Positions 24,724-38,918 of a stretch of 64,000 nt of DNA are shown piece by piece; the stretch's first letter is position 1, and each line of letters begins with the position of its first letter. The DNA lies in the NCBI GenBank assembly GCA_025201805.1, contig MU619246.1, positions 175,627-239,626 on the forward strand. The letters run 5' to 3'. Position numbers and translations under genes: made by a program. A model generated the notes under the pieces. That model had not been told where the DNA came from. It did not search any database and worked only from the letters and a program-made list of their open reading frames with translations. This stretch comes from Parasitella parasitica NRRL 2501. Taxonomy: Eukaryota; Fungi; Mucoromycota.

Positions 24724-26547
24724 GTTTTAATGGAGTTCTCCTAATCTATAGCTTCAAAAAAAGAATGAATTAGGCGATAGAAGAAAGTCGATGTTGATGC
24801 CTTTTTACATGTTGTCAAATGAACTAACTCAGTCGTGACTGTAAAGAAGTGTGTCGTTTTTTGTCACCAAACTGAGGACAAGATGCAGGCATTTAATTGG
24901 ATATGCAGGCACTTCTTTAAATGTTAAGATGTCATTGTTTATGGTAGATTTGATATGTTAATTCTTCTGTGATTCCCATGTATAAGATTGCTTTTATGAA
25001 GTTTAGAAATAGAAAGAAATCAGGAAGAAGACATTGACCATCTGAGCACTGACATGTCCAAGCAATCACTGTGTTGCCAAGACGACACACTCAAAATTAA
25101 AAAAACATCTAGTCAATCATGGAGTGGTAAATTTACCATATCTGATCCTTGTCAAAACCAAGGAACAATAGGCATACGTACATAGACAACGTAAAAAATG
25201 AAGGGTATTTCTATTTGATATGTTAGAGTAAATCATGACGAGCATACCGATTAAACCGAAAGAGAGAGAAAGGTAAAGAAATCAGAAGAAAAGAAAACTG
25301 ATAGCTTAAATACTCTACATTACTGTATAATTGCATTCCAGAAAGGCTATAGCATCTCGCAACTATCATAAGATCTTGAAAGAGCAAGAGATACTCGCTT
25401 GATTTCGCTGCGTTTTTTTAAGAAAAATGCATGCCCTCATTACACATCAATCGTTCCTTGCACTGGGCAAGCGTTGATACAAGTTTTTTTTTGTTTGTAT
25501 GACATCTTGCTTTAGAAAAGGAGTACTTAAAATCATGAACACCTTCTCAACCACTATTTTAGTCTTAATAAGCAGTTTTGAATATAAAGCTCTCTTGCTT
25601 TTGTAGGATAAAAAAGAGAGTTAGATCGGCCATCAGGGGTTTTTCAAGGGCGTTTCGTGCGATTTTGTATAGAGCATGTTTATCTTATTACGGCGCATTG
25701 AGCTTTCTTCGCATTTTTGCATTGCCGGTTATAAACAACCTGAGTTTACGATGAGAAATACCATGTATGAATCATTTAAAATAGCAATTATTGTGTAGAA
25801 GGTGGAATATTTTTTGAATATAATCCTATACACAATGATGAATGTCTCACTTGTCCCAGACACTCTAGTTAAGTATCTTGACACTTTTTATCATAAATAC
25901 TCGCACAATAAGGATTTGGAGCCTAAATTGTTACACAAAGCAAAACGCTAGGTTCACTACAAGTTTTCAGTACAATGCTGGCACTAAAAATAATATAGAG
26001 TAGGTCATTACAGCATAGACATTCCATGTCATGATATCGTAACCTGATCTCTAATACCGCTATTAATCTATAATAAAAAAGGGTTGTAAGTTCAGCTGTG
26101 CATGGAAGGCCATCTACAGCTTAAGTTATATGAGAGAGGATAGATACAGAAAGCAGTTATGACAAGTTTCAAAATACTCGCTAAATTTGCACCGTGATCA
26201 CCAGATTCAATAGCCCCAAAGCTAGCACTACTTGAGCTTATACAGAATGTCTAAAAGACTGCTTGGAAGTTACAAGAAAGGTGCTAGGTAGGCATTCATT
26301 GCAACATATCGCCGAGAATTACCTACTAATTAGTAAATCCTTCTTTGATTATGATGTAATTGAAACAGGATATAAATCCACTCGTAAATTGTCCACATGA
26401 TTTCACTGGGTTTTAAGCCTATTGTTCACTTTCTGCGTGTGGAGTAAAGCATATAGGGGGCTGCAGAAGACAGTGGTACCAATTATAAGCGTTCGCCTAC
26501 CTTTCTTTCTTTTTTACTTTTTTTTTCTTTTACTTTTTAGACCAAAC

Positions 26548-28301
26548 ATGGCGGACACAGCTACCACTACGACACCACACGAAGAGAAACACTGGCTTAC
26601 TGCACAAACCAAAGAGCTGTTTGCTAAATTCAACATTGGCAATCTACTGTTTTGCTATTGCTTGCCATTTTTCTACGTATTTTATCCAGCACTGCTGATG
26701 CCGGCTATATTCTTACGGTCATTGTCGCTTGTTATCGGCTGGATTTACAAGCTTGTGGTTGCTCACCACCACCACACTGAATTTCCAACGACTAGAAGAA
26801 ATAACAACAACGTCCAAAAGACGGAACCGCCTTCCCTGGTTGAGGACGAAATGAACAACATGTATTTTTGGCTGCAGAGATGCTCCATCTGTCTTGATCA
26901 AACCTACAGCCTGTGTTTGGAGTCTTGCCGTGATCAGTTTTGCAAGGATTGCTTTTCTAGGTAATATATTCTCACACTCACTTGGTACTGTGGAATTTAC
27001 AACCGGAATAGATACATTGAAGAAACGGTAAACCAGTCTTGGGGTTTGGGCGTCAGTCGAATCAAATGCCCTGGTAAGCATGTTGCTTACAAATGACATA
27101 TAGCGGCAAAACTCATGATTCAAAAATTACAGTTTGTCAAGAAACGATCAGTCAGGCCGAATGGAGTAGATACGTTTCACAGGATATTGTTGCCAAGTAC
27201 AACAAATACAACCAACCTTATAGACCGTTTTCTCGATACTGTTCTACGTGCGAGCATCCTGTTGCTCCATGTACGTCACCACGATTTCAAGGCGTTTCCA
27301 GAGAGAGGCAAGTAACTCTTTTGTTACGAAAAGACATGGAATTAACTCCCACAAGTAGCCGCCTCGAACAAATTGCCAGCGATCTAGATGCATTTTCAAA
27401 AGCGATCATCAACCCAAACTTGACCGTGTTCGTCGATCAAATGCTAATGGCGTTTTTGACCACTTGTCAAAAGGGCTCCACATTTCGTATTGGCCGAGTT
27501 CAAGATTTGTACAATCAAATGATTCCTGTCTTGGTCAAGATTGCAACGAAACAGCCAGATCTATACGACCAGGCATCCCATCTCTCAAAGCAATTGGTTG
27601 CCTTGGAAGTGATACCTGAAGCATGGAAACAAACCCAATTTTGGCATGTGGCCAATTTCCCTGTAGAACAATGGTAATTTATCTATTTTTATTATAACTT
27701 TAAAATTGTCAATGTACTCAACAATATGGCCATAGCAATCATTGTGGTGAGAAATCTTGTTTGCAGTGTGGTGAAAAGGCTCATGCAAATCAAAATTGCC
27801 TAGAGAATTTGAAATTGAAATTGCAAAACAATCAGGGTGGAGAATTGGCATCGACCATTCAATGGAAATTAAATCACACGTAAGTATATTGCGTGTCTTT
27901 GCTGGTCGATAACAGACACTTACCTCTACCTAGTCGTCCTTGCCCTAATTGCTCAGTCATGATCAACAGAGATGAAGGATGCAACAAGGTAGATTGCTTG
28001 TTATGCGGACACAGATTTTGTTGGCGATGTGGTTCTGGCTGGTCTCAGCAGAAATGTGGTTTCTACAAATGCGGAGAGGAGCAGCCAGTATTGTCGCAGA
28101 CAGCAGAGACAGCTGAATTACAGCCGACAATGGTAACCCCTGTTACAAACAATGTTTCGAAAGAAGAGGAGCCTTCCAAGGTAAGCAGCAGCAATGTAGA
28201 AAATGATGGGGTTTTTTGTTTATTTGTTGTTGCAGGCTGAACTTGGTGTGCCTGACATGCATGCGATTGACGCACGTAGACAGGTTTCTTCCATCGATTG
28301 A
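26548..28301 (+). CDS. RBR (RING-IBR-RING2)-type E3 ubiquitin ligase with an N-terminal hydrophobic segment, multi-exon
   Basis: RING1 CSIC..CRDQFCKDC..KCP; C-terminal RPCPNCSVMINRDEGCNKVDCLLCGHRFCWRC. Confidence 0.8.
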
Positions 28302-28583
28302 TTTATTTATTTACTTGACCTTGTATTTATGAAAACCCACTTTTAGATATACCACTTCAAAACGCATTTCTTGTACAAATAAAACCTTATATTATGAAAA
28401 AAAAAAATGACATGGTTTGTTTGTTTATTTGTGTTTAAATGAATATGTACTAAACGAGATAAAAGAAAGGGGTTTGTTTTCTCTTCTGAGGGATATATAA
28501 ATATTTAAAAAAAAGGAAAACTGTACAATATAAACTTTTTTGGTGTAGTAATGGTATATTTTTGAGCCAACGGGATCAGATCT

Positions 28584-29009
28584 TTAAGCAGAAGAGATTA
28601 AATCCAATGCTAAGCGCATGTCATCATCCAAGGGCAGCAATAGATCTTCAAATTCATCGTCTTCGTCAACAAATGTCTTTTGTTTCTTGGTGGTTGTAGT
28701 TGTAAATGGCACTTCAACAAAATCAAGATCTGCAAAAATGTTTTCATCTTGATCGTTGTATTTGCGTTTGTTATTTTTGGACGAAATGCTTTCTTTATCA
28801 TCATCTTCCTCTTCTTCGTCGTCTTCCTCAGCAGATAATTCTGGCATGTCATCCCAATCAAGGACAGCGAAGTCGTTAGACTTTGGGGCGGTGGATGTTA
28901 AACCGAGGATATTCAATAATTCAACATCATCCACTGTGGCTGCGACGTCAACAATAAGAGAGACGGAGGTGGGTGTAGTAGTTCCGGCAATAGGAGAGTC
29001 AGCGTTCAT
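28584..29009 (-). CDS. Small acidic hypothetical protein (about 141 aa)
   Basis: Clean ORF MNADSP... with an acidic tract and KRK; TATA-like element upstream. Confidence 0.6.
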   Translation of the reverse strand: MNADSPIAGTTTPTSVSLIVDVAATVDDVELLNILGLTSTAPKSNDFAVLDWDDMPELSAEEDDEEEEDDDKESISSKNNKRKYNDQDENIFADLDFVEVPFTTTTTKKQKTFVDEDDEFEDLLLPLDDDMRLALDLISSA

Positions 29010-31220
29010 TTTTGTGGTGTATTTTAGTTGGAGTGTGAAAAAATAATAATGTGATGAGGAGGGAAAAAAAATTTGGTTTGGTTTATATACAAAATTAAGA
29101 AAAAGAAACAAGGGAGGGGGGTGAGGGGGGTGATGTGGGGGGTTCATGGAGCCGGAGAAGCAACATGATTTAACTTGTTTTTTCATGTTTCGCATATTGC
29201 TATTCGGTGAGAAAATGTATATTCATTGTCTTACAAAGCTAAATAAAGCGGGTTTACCATATTCAGAGGAGTGCCTTGTTTCTCTCATCCCGTCCCCCCC
29301 CCAAAACCCAAGAAAGCACACATGAATGGGTTTTCAGCATGCAAGTCATCTGATAAACACATCTACCTGTATCTTTTGTATCTCCTTAAAATCAACACTT
29401 AATTTTTAGATTCAATAAAGTTGTCAAGAAAGAACTCCCGAATAGAATAATCTTAATATGACAAAGAAACCTATTTGACGTCAGCTTAAAATAGAACAAA
29501 AAAAGCTTGGTGAATGGGCGCAGCGTAGTTTTTTCTTATATCAGATGGCTGGGGTACCCTGGACTAGAATTTTCTTGTCAGCATTTATTCCAACTTGACA
29601 ACAACGGAAAAGAAATCACATGAAAAAAAAAGAGTGTAAATATTCATCGTCGCTTGGCGATTGAAAAGAAATCATCTGATTTTGGCTGACAAGCAAGCCA
29701 AATTCATTTAAACATAAAGAATTAGGATGGGCTCCGGGTAATATAATCCATTTGGATCATCATTATCGCCTTAATTAAAGTTTTTGTAATCTCCTCTCCT
29801 GCATGTTCGTTTTTTGTTTTATCCAATCGATTTCTATTTAGTATTGGTTAAGAACAAAATAGATAAAAAAAATCCCTCTCCTCCTTAAAAATCTCGGCCT
29901 CTGGTTACAAAAAAAAGAGACACTGTTGCATGGATTATTACGCAAAAAAATAATCTTGCCTTGTATCTATCTGATCGACAAAAAAACCTCAATCTGCACA
30001 TCGGAAAATGGTGATGACTTCAAATGAAATGCAATTTCTTCATTGAGTTTAATTATCCATGCATCATACTGATTTTCTTGTTTCAAATTACAATTCCTAT
30101 GATTCAAAAAAAAAAAAATTTTTTTTTCCGTAGCCCATCGGTACGTAGCCCATCGGTCATATTTAATCCAATCAACAATAAAATGCTTTCTTCGATATTT
30201 TGTTTCTGAATTTTTATACAAGAGAGCGCGGGCTTTCACACCAGGTGTAACGCATGTGATTTCGATAGTTGTGTATATTTATTTTTTTGATCTAAAAAGG
30301 GTGCTACGGTACGATTAGGAAATACATTGGACCAGTACTACTTATTTTGTACGATTTGGCGCGAAATTGGGTTGATCTGCTATAGATGTGCTGGCGGCAA
30401 AAAGCAGAGAGCATTTGATGTGATCCAACGCTATTAGGTTGTAGCCAATTGATCAAGATATGATTACAATAGCCACATGGTTACTATCAATGATTTGTTA
30501 TATTAACGTGTGTAAAAAAAAACGTAAATGTTTCACCAAAGCAATGAATCATTAGAATGGCGTATTTCTGATATCACAAACTCATATTCTTTGCCTCGCT
30601 CCACCTACTTTTAATTACCCTTTCAAATGTGGCATAAATTGTGAACGCTTTTTTTCAGTAGGGATCAAAATACCCACATTGTATGTTGAGAAGTATCTCA
30701 TTCTATACCCCCATTAAGAGGAAAATCGAGTTTTTCTCTGCAAGACCAATTTTTTTACACTGCATGCTTATGAAAATGTCTGTGAGAGCCATGAGCTTCT
30801 AATGCTCATATACATCTTGAAAACCCTGCTTTTGCTTTTTGAGAGATCTGCAAAAACATTATCAGGAAAATTGTCTTTTCATTGAAACCTTCTGGCTCAC
30901 TACTAAAGTTAACACTAACTTTAGTCAATACACAAAACATGGTTGCTATAATATATTGAACGATGTCAAGTCAAAGCGTTTGATTTTTGCTTTCCTGAGA
31001 ATTTTGCAGATTTAACTTCGCTGGGACATTTGAGCAATCTAAATTTCGTTTAGCATCATTACAACGTAACTTTTTACAGCAAAAGTAAAATTAGGTTCAT
31101 GTGTATCAGCTCAGATAAAGAGATACATTTTTTAATGCGCTTTTACAGGAATCTAAGCTATGCCCCTATATGCCCCTACATGCAACAGTTGTTTCAGGAA
31201 TTTTGCCATCTCCTTAAATA

Positions 31221-34200
31221 CAGTTAATCCAATAAATTATGTTGCTGGGGACGAATGAAAAAATCGCTTGAGCGAAATTTAATTCCTGATTGGCCGACAT
31301 TTACTTCTAATTAAATATCGCCTCTTAGTTTTCGTAAGCTTTTTGAATATCGTTCTCTTATAATCTCTATTGTAGACTTATAGAATGAAAAACTCTTTTT
31401 TATGAAGATGGACAGAACAGTATTTAAAAGCTTTTGCAACCGTGTCGATTATTCTCTATTTTAGTAACAGCAAAATTATGTGGGTAGACCTCTCCCCCAA
31501 AAATGAAATACACGGACTCTTAGACACAAAAAAACGATGACGTTGCATTTTATTTTATAGTTTTGACGGCATTTAAAAAAGTTCTTAAAGTAAAGTTTTC
31601 ACTTCCAACTCCTTCCACCACTCAGTTCTCAAAATGCAGTTAGAAGATATTCTGTTTTCATCTTCTGGTAATTGACACAGTTTTAAATACATATTATAGT
31701 CTTTTCTCTCTTCTCCTCGCTCTATTATCTTACATTCATTTTATCCTTTTCGTTTCAGTATAATTATCCTTATCCATATTTTCGCACCGCTTCTGATGGT
31801 CCCCAAGTCCATCTTTACGTGTAACAAATAAAACTCATTTTTTAAAGAAAAAGGTACAGTTTACAAAAATTATGGAATTGTTATTAATGGCATGTAATTG
31901 TAGGAGGCAATTTATACAAATCAGACCAGCGATAATTTGCACTCTACTTTTATAATGTGGTATGTTCTTTCCAAGCAGGAGAGCATCTTAACATTAGATG
32001 TAAAGACGGGCCAACTTGGCATGATGAGCTTATCTTCTTGAGATGTANNNNNNNNNNNNNNNNNNNNNNNNNNNNNNNNNNNNNNNNNNNNNNNNNNNNN
32101 NNNNNNNNNNNNNNNNNNNNNNNNNNNNNNNNNNNNNNNNNNNNNNNNNNNNNNNNNNNNNNNNNNNNNNNNNNNNNNNNNNNNNNNNNNNNNNNNNNNN
32201 NNNNNNNNNNNNNNNNNNNNNNNNNNNNNNNNNNNNNNNNNNNNNNNNNNNNNNNNNNNNNNNNNNNNNNNNNNNNNNNNNNNNNNNNNNNNNNNNNNNN
32301 NNNNNNNNNNNNNNNNNNNNNNNNNNNNNNNNNNNNNNNNNNNNNNNNNNNNNNNNNNNNNNNNNNNNNNNNNNNNNNNNNNNNNNNNNNNNNNNNNNNN
32401 NNNNNNNNNNNNNNNNNNNNNNNNNNNNNNNNNNNNNNNNNNNNNNNNNNNNNNNNNNNNNNNNNNNNNNNNNNNNNNNNNNNNNNNNNNNNNNNNNNNN
32501 NNNNNNNNNNNNNNNNNNNNNNNNNNNNNNNNNNNNNNNNNNNNNNNNNNNNNNNNNNNNNNNNNNNNNNNNNNNNNNNNNNNNNNNNNNNNNNNNNNNN
32601 NNNNNNNNNNNNNNNNNNNNNNNNNNNNNNNNGGGCCAACTTGGCATGATGAGCTTATCTTCTTGAGATGTAAATCTCCTGACTCATCACTGTTCTTTTG
32701 ACTTTCTCTTGTATATACCTGAACACGCTATTGGGATACTGGCGGGTTTAGTCTATATGCAAGAGTGCCACATTATAGAAGTTTTAAATAGGGGCAAAGA
32801 ATACAAAAGGTAATTTATGTTATCGTGCAAGTGAAAACTACAAATGAATATGGAATAGAAATACTGGCATCATTTAATATAACAAGCAAGTAAAATAAGC
32901 AAACTAACAAAGATTATTAATAAATGAATATAATGTTAACATTTATTTTGACAATGTTAACAATGAGTGTATCAATGCATAAATGGGGTTTTTAATATGA
33001 TAGGAGTTAATTGAACTGTAGTCTCCTTTTTGCGTATTTGATGGCCATTTTGTTGAGGTTGACTTTTTTGACCCTTGAACCTGGTAGCTGTGTGGGTGTA
33101 TGGTAGGTCTTCAACTTTTTCAAACTTGACTGATTGATTTTCTCATGTTTCAAAGTGGATAATTCGACGATTGTTTCTTGCAGGACATTTTTCAATTGAT
33201 TCATTATAGGGAATATTGCATTGATTCTATACATATCGTGATAATCGATTGGAATGTAGAAGCTGCTTTGCTTGTAAAAAGTATAAATGTAATCATATTT
33301 ATGTTCCATAAGATAACAGGAGCAGCAGGCTCCACTTGTAATCATACCAGCGATTACAACATTATTAAATCCTTCGCTTTCAATAGAGTCGAGTGTATCC
33401 TTCATATATCTAGCCATCTTGATTGCATCCCCATTTGATCCTCCTTTGTCGCGTTCTGGCTTAGATTCAAGAGCAAATATCAGATGTTTCGACTGGTTTG
33501 TCACAACAGAAAAGTCTCTTTTTCGAGCATGTCCACTCAGTGATGGATCAATATCAATGAATCTCTTCTTTGACTCGCGGATCTCCTTATCAGCACCGAA
33601 AGTTGTCTATCTTTTGTTGTTTGGGAAATAGTTCTCTAAAACTGGTAAAATACCGTTTTTCACTGTTGTGCTTTCGTTTAATGATTTGATAGAATATCCT
33701 TTACAATATGTTTGTTTGCTAGAAATAAACAGAAATAAATAAATACAAGTTGTAGTAATAATTATTTAACAAATCTTAATACTTGCAATGCGTGTAAAAT
33801 AGCTCTGATGTGGCTAGGTAAGTTCAATATTTTTAGCTTTTCTTCTGCTTCATCAAAATCTCCTTCTGTAATCAACTAAATAAAATATATTAATTGTCAA
33901 TTTTAAACCTTGTTTTTTTCAGTGTACCTTGGTAAAGTAAGAGATACCGTCAACATAGGATTTGACATCTTCTTCTTTGTATTTCAAGAAACTCTCCTTA
34001 ACTTCGCTGCAAGCTTCTTCATAATAATCAAATCGAATCATATTTGAATCAACATCATCATCTAAAAGAATAATACCATTGATAGAGAGTTCCTCGTCAG
34101 GTTCTAATACAGCACTGCAATCAGTACAGTTGTTCACCAATTCATTTCTTCTTTTTAAAAAAGAAGTTGACAAATCGTATCCACTTTTTAGAATCCACTT

Positions 34201-35303
34201 GTTATTGATGTTATCCAAGTCTATTGTGTCACTTGCATTGGTAGAAATCAGATTATCCTTAGCTGTCTTATAAGGCTTGGTTATATTAGCTTCTTAAGTA
34301 GAGTCTGTGCCTGGGGTGCTTTCTCTGTCTTCGTATTCGGATTCGCTCGTTATTTCTTCTTCGCTTGAATCCCTATTACTATTACCCTCATTTAAATCTA
34401 TTAAAAAAAGTTTAATATATAATTATTTTAAGCAGAGAAAAAAAAATACCTGAGAAGATCCTCGCTCCTGTATTTAAGCTATAAATATTCTCTTCTAGTG
34501 CCCTTTTTTCTGCTGCTTCTTTTAATCTTTTCGACTGAAAGAGCAGAGAGACTCTTTCATCAGTTGTCACATTCTATATTTTATCATTGATTAAAGACAT
34601 ATATGTTATTTTTCTTTTGTTGCGATAGCTGTAACCTTTATGTCTTTTAAAATAATCTTAGCCTTCTTCTTGCATGCGCTGGTGTTTGACTTTCCTTTTA
34701 TGATTGCGCTCAAAGTTTTTTGTAAGGTACTGCTACTTTCTTCTTGATCTTTAAGTCTTCAATAAATTATTTGCAAAAATCAATATTGATAAAATTATCA
34801 ATGTGATTTTGTACAAATTTTGTAGGGCTGCTTGATTTCATTGAGTTTTCAGAAATAGATCGCTTTTCAGTCATTTTCTTGAGGTTAATGTGAATAAAAA
34901 GCTAATTCTTTGGAACCCTCAAAATTATAAAAAAAAAAAGTAACGTCATGCTTGAAAACGTGAAAAGTGCAACATCATAGTTGTTTTTTGCCTAAGAGTC
35001 CGTGTATTTCAGTTTTTTGGGAGGTGTCTACCCGCTGTTAGTTTAACATAATTGAGAATAAACGACACTGTTGCAACTGTTTTTAATATCGTTTTATCCA
35101 TCCTCATAAAAAAAGAGTTCTTCAGGAAAACTAAGAGGCGACATTTTATCCCTGTGGCAGCGAAATCTCTTGACATTTTATCCCTGTGAGAGCGAATTTT
35201 GATTCCTGATTGGCCGACAAATACTTCTAAATTAAGCGCTTTTTTATTCCTGATTGGGCGACATATTGTTCGTCCAGGGCAAAATAATTTATTGGATCAA
35301 CTG
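31221..35303. mobile_element. ~4.1-kb non-autonomous TIR element with long (~330-bp) imperfect TIRs, carrying a nuclease-like gene
   Basis: The left end TA|CAGTTAATCCAATAAATTATGTTGC matches the reverse complement of GCAAAATAATTTATTGGATCAACTG (ends 35303). Further inverted blocks include TCGCCTCTTAGTTTTC and GAAATACACGGACTCTTAG, spanning 31221-31555 versus 34963-35303. Confidence 0.85.
33007..34874 (-). pseudogene. PD-(D/E)XK (restriction-endonuclease-fold)-like cargo gene with premature stops
   Basis: Multi-exon; GHARKRDFSVVTNQSKHLIFALESK..DAIKMARYMKDTLD gives a D...ExK signature. In-frame stops near 34296 and 33608. Confidence 0.6.
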
Positions 35304-37012
35304 TTCATGTACGCTCAAAGGTGACAACAGCGTATACAGGCCTCCCTAAACTGATCACAACTGCATAGGTAATCTAGGATTGGGTGAAAACATAGCTTAT
35401 AATGGAACAAATTGAGATCAAATTACTGTTGTGTTCCTTATTTGTGCTAAAGAACCAGATGCTCCTGATTGGCTAGTTAGAGACAATTGAGGATTATGAT
35501 CGGCCAGTCTTTTACCTGCTGATGGGGGGAGCATACTTTCTTTGTATATTTGCATATAATATGGTATTCAATGCATGCATCCCTTAGACCAAAAAAAAAA
35601 GGTTGCACCCTGGTTGAACAAAGAAAGTAAATGTATCTTATACGCACTAAACTAACAGTATAAATGATTGCAATATAATATGGTCTTATTTAGGTTTCAA
35701 TTACACAAATATGCATGTACGACAGCACATATTTATGCTGCTACGCAGAGCTACAAGATTTTACTCTAAAATTAGACGCTATCAGTAGTGAGACTATATA
35801 CATTTTCCTACCTTTAATGATTAAACTAGTCTCGAAGAGCCGTGTTAAATACGGCAATTGTGAATTTAGTGTGTTTGGCGTCTTGAATGTGTTCCAAATT
35901 GCAAAGGAAATTTTCATCATATTATTTGCTACTTGGCGTCGCGTTGCCATAATGTATTACAATTTTTGCAGACAATCTTCGCAAACAGGTACACTCATAC
36001 CTTTAACGCCACTCACACCGCTCGAAATATCTGTTTTCGCAAAGAAAGCCGCTTCTTAAAGTTTTACAGCTTAGTTTTAGTTAAGTTTTCAGGCAATGAA
36101 GCTTAGTGTTGGTCACTTTGGCTCTTCCTGGCGTAAAATTAGTTGCAATTATCCTTTGCAACAAGTTTAATATCACTGGGTATTTTAGAGTAAAGCAACA
36201 TAAAAAGTGGTTTTTTTCAGTTATATATTCCTTTTCAGAACTTGTTTTTATCGATTCTTTTGCTTATCTTGAACATGTTTTGAAGTCGGTAATAGAGGTA
36301 TCGAAGAAGGCGAATTTTGAAATTTTACACTAAACAGTTCCAATGTAGCAATTTCTGTGCATACTTTGGCCAAGCACTGTGAATCACCTGCTTGAATTTT
36401 TTTTTCTGTACACGATCTCTCCATAATCAGCCTTGAATGCATTTTTAAACATTGAACATGTTTGATGGTATGTCGGTGTTACTTGTTACTCTTCTTGCGA
36501 CAGACGGAGTACTAAGATTGTTGCTTGAATATGCAATGAAAAATATCATCGTTGTACTCTTGAGACCGGCAAGTTTCATAATAACTCAAATATATTTTAG
36601 CACGAAATACAACTTCAGGTATTATAGTCTTGCTCATTGAAATAGTAGTCGCTTTAAAGCATATTTATCTTGAGGCTTTTTTTTTGGTTAATGTACGAAG
36701 GCCTTGATTTGAGTTTTCTTTAAATTCGTCTTACTTAGTAGCACTATAAGATTGACATTTAGACGATTCTGAAGATTTATGTCTAGGCTTATGGCATTTA
36801 GAGCATATATATTGATTATTAGTATTACTTAATGAAGCTTTCAACCTCTTTGCAGCTCTTTTTACAGTCTTGATACTATCAGACTGCTTTGCTGGTACTT
36901 GATGTGCCGATACAAAAGTTCTACGTTTGATGATTCACGTGTGTGTTTTTCGTCTATTTATTCGTTGTATTACAAATGATAAATATAGGACTTTAATTTA
37001 GAAAAGTTCATC

Positions 37013-38319
37013 TTAATGTTGTTGTGGATTGGGAGTTTGCGCACGAGGGAGAACATTATTTGTTGATGAAGGACGAGAGTTCTGTGTCATATCCAACCCT
37101 GTTGAAGACAAATTGTGCTTCGTTTTTACAGCAAGAGAGTGCGATGTGTTGTAGTCTGGCGTAGTTAAATAAACAAGACTGTGGCGACTATCGTTGAGCT
37201 GGTAGCTACTGAACGGTGTATTTGCTCGAGACACAGAGTCATTTTCAGAGCTATAATCATCATCGTTGAGCATGGCATGCTTGGAAAATTCTTCGTTATT
37301 ACGAAAGAATCGTACGATTTTAGCATGTTCCTGCTTCGATTGATATCTATGAAGAATCCACAAAAGACAAAGCACCAATACTATAAAAAGAACAATTGCT
37401 GTAGCCAATACTCCCCATAGCCAGTTGGCAATTTTGTGAAACACATCGGGACCAACTATACAAACACCATTATTGGAACATGTTCCTGACAAACATTCTC
37501 TATCTTGATCGCATGCTGAATTAAGCTCTTTGGATTGAATGCACAAAAATCCAGAGCACCAAGTGCCGTCTGTACAATTATCCCGAATGATTGTTTGTTG
37601 TATAGAGTCGCCAGCTGCATCATAGCTGATATATGTAGAGCTATTATTTAAAGGTGCACATTGTGTGTAAGGGCCATGTTGTAAAAATATAAATAGATAA
37701 AAACTTACAAGTCAGTACCACAATTGCCTCCAAGAGGTGATCCCTTTATAAAACAAGTTGAATTTAAACAGATAGAATTTGATCCTGAGCACTCATCATC
37801 ACGTTGCTAATTAGAAGAATTATTAATTTTGGAACTTTTTGGTTTCTCCTAGAACAAGTAAAGTATGTCAAAACTTACGACTTCACAGCGGGATCCTATT
37901 GGCACCTGTGGCGTACAATGAGACTTACTGTCTGGGCAAAATGTCGACCCGTTGCATCTGACTGGAAACTCCCTCACTTGTGTATCCCAACTATAAAACA
38001 TTATATGTTCAACATACCGTTCATAACACACACACAAAAAAAATCGTTACCCTGCAATGTAATCTGCATTTGAGCATCCTTTGTAATTGCATGTATTGCT
38101 CGCTGGATCACAAAAAAGATAAACGTTATCACATGAATCATCGTATTGCCAGCTTTCTCTATTATCGTGCAATTGACATTAATACTGTGCATCTGACCTA
38201 GGCCATACAAAATCATACCTGTACACAGGTGTTGAATCACATAATTGTCCATATTGTAATGCCATGATAGATGTCACCGAATATATTAAAATGCAGGATA
38301 TAATGTTAAATGCAGGCAT
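37013..38319 (-). CDS. Type I membrane protein with a Cys-rich extracellular region, multi-exon
   Basis: Signal peptide MPAFNIISCILIYSVTSIMA, repeated Cys modules (CNGSTFCPD..C..C; CDQDRECLSGTC) and a TM helix WGVLATAIVLFIVLVLCLLWIL. Confidence 0.75.
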
Positions 38320-38918
38320 AGTAATGGTTTATTTGTTGTTTAAAAATTTAAAAGTAAAAGTAGAAGATTTATTATCAAACATGAAAATTTTCAAGCTATA
38401 AATAAATCAAATACATTGGGCGACAGCGGACATTCATCAACAATCTGAATCAGATAAAAACAAAAGATAAGCCAGCTAGCAATGGCAGTACTACGAAGGA
38501 GCAATCGATAGCCCAAAATATCTGAGAAGAGACATAAACTGAGATCAGCTTCACAAATTCTACAATGGAAACTGCCACCAGTCTTTTTATGGCTTTCGAA
38601 AAAAAAGTTCAAGTAAATGATAAATGTCACGGTGTTTGTGATAATATTTATTCATAAATGACTAGTAGGGTTTTTTTATTTTTCAATACAATAAAAATTC
38701 TTCATCAACAGTATCGATTGGTACTTCAGATACCTGAAACTGAGCAATTACCAGCAAGCCACACTACAAAATTGCTTGAATTTCAATAGTTGATGAATTA
38801 TTCCAGATATAATATCCGTTAGATATGGAGATCTAAATAAGCTCAAATATTTAGACAAGTCTATAATACTGCATAGGCATTTAAACTAAAATATCATCCT
38901 CAGATTGATATTTTTTTA

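Noticed and set aside
32008-32671. Identical 40-bp sequence on both sides of the gap
   Set aside because: Most likely an unmerged contig overlap rather than a biological repeat; long reads would decide.
9280-38916. 30-kb composite transposon bounded by the 600-bp inverted repeats
   Set aside because: The termini face inward, so the elements extend away from the block, which holds ordinary housekeeping genes.
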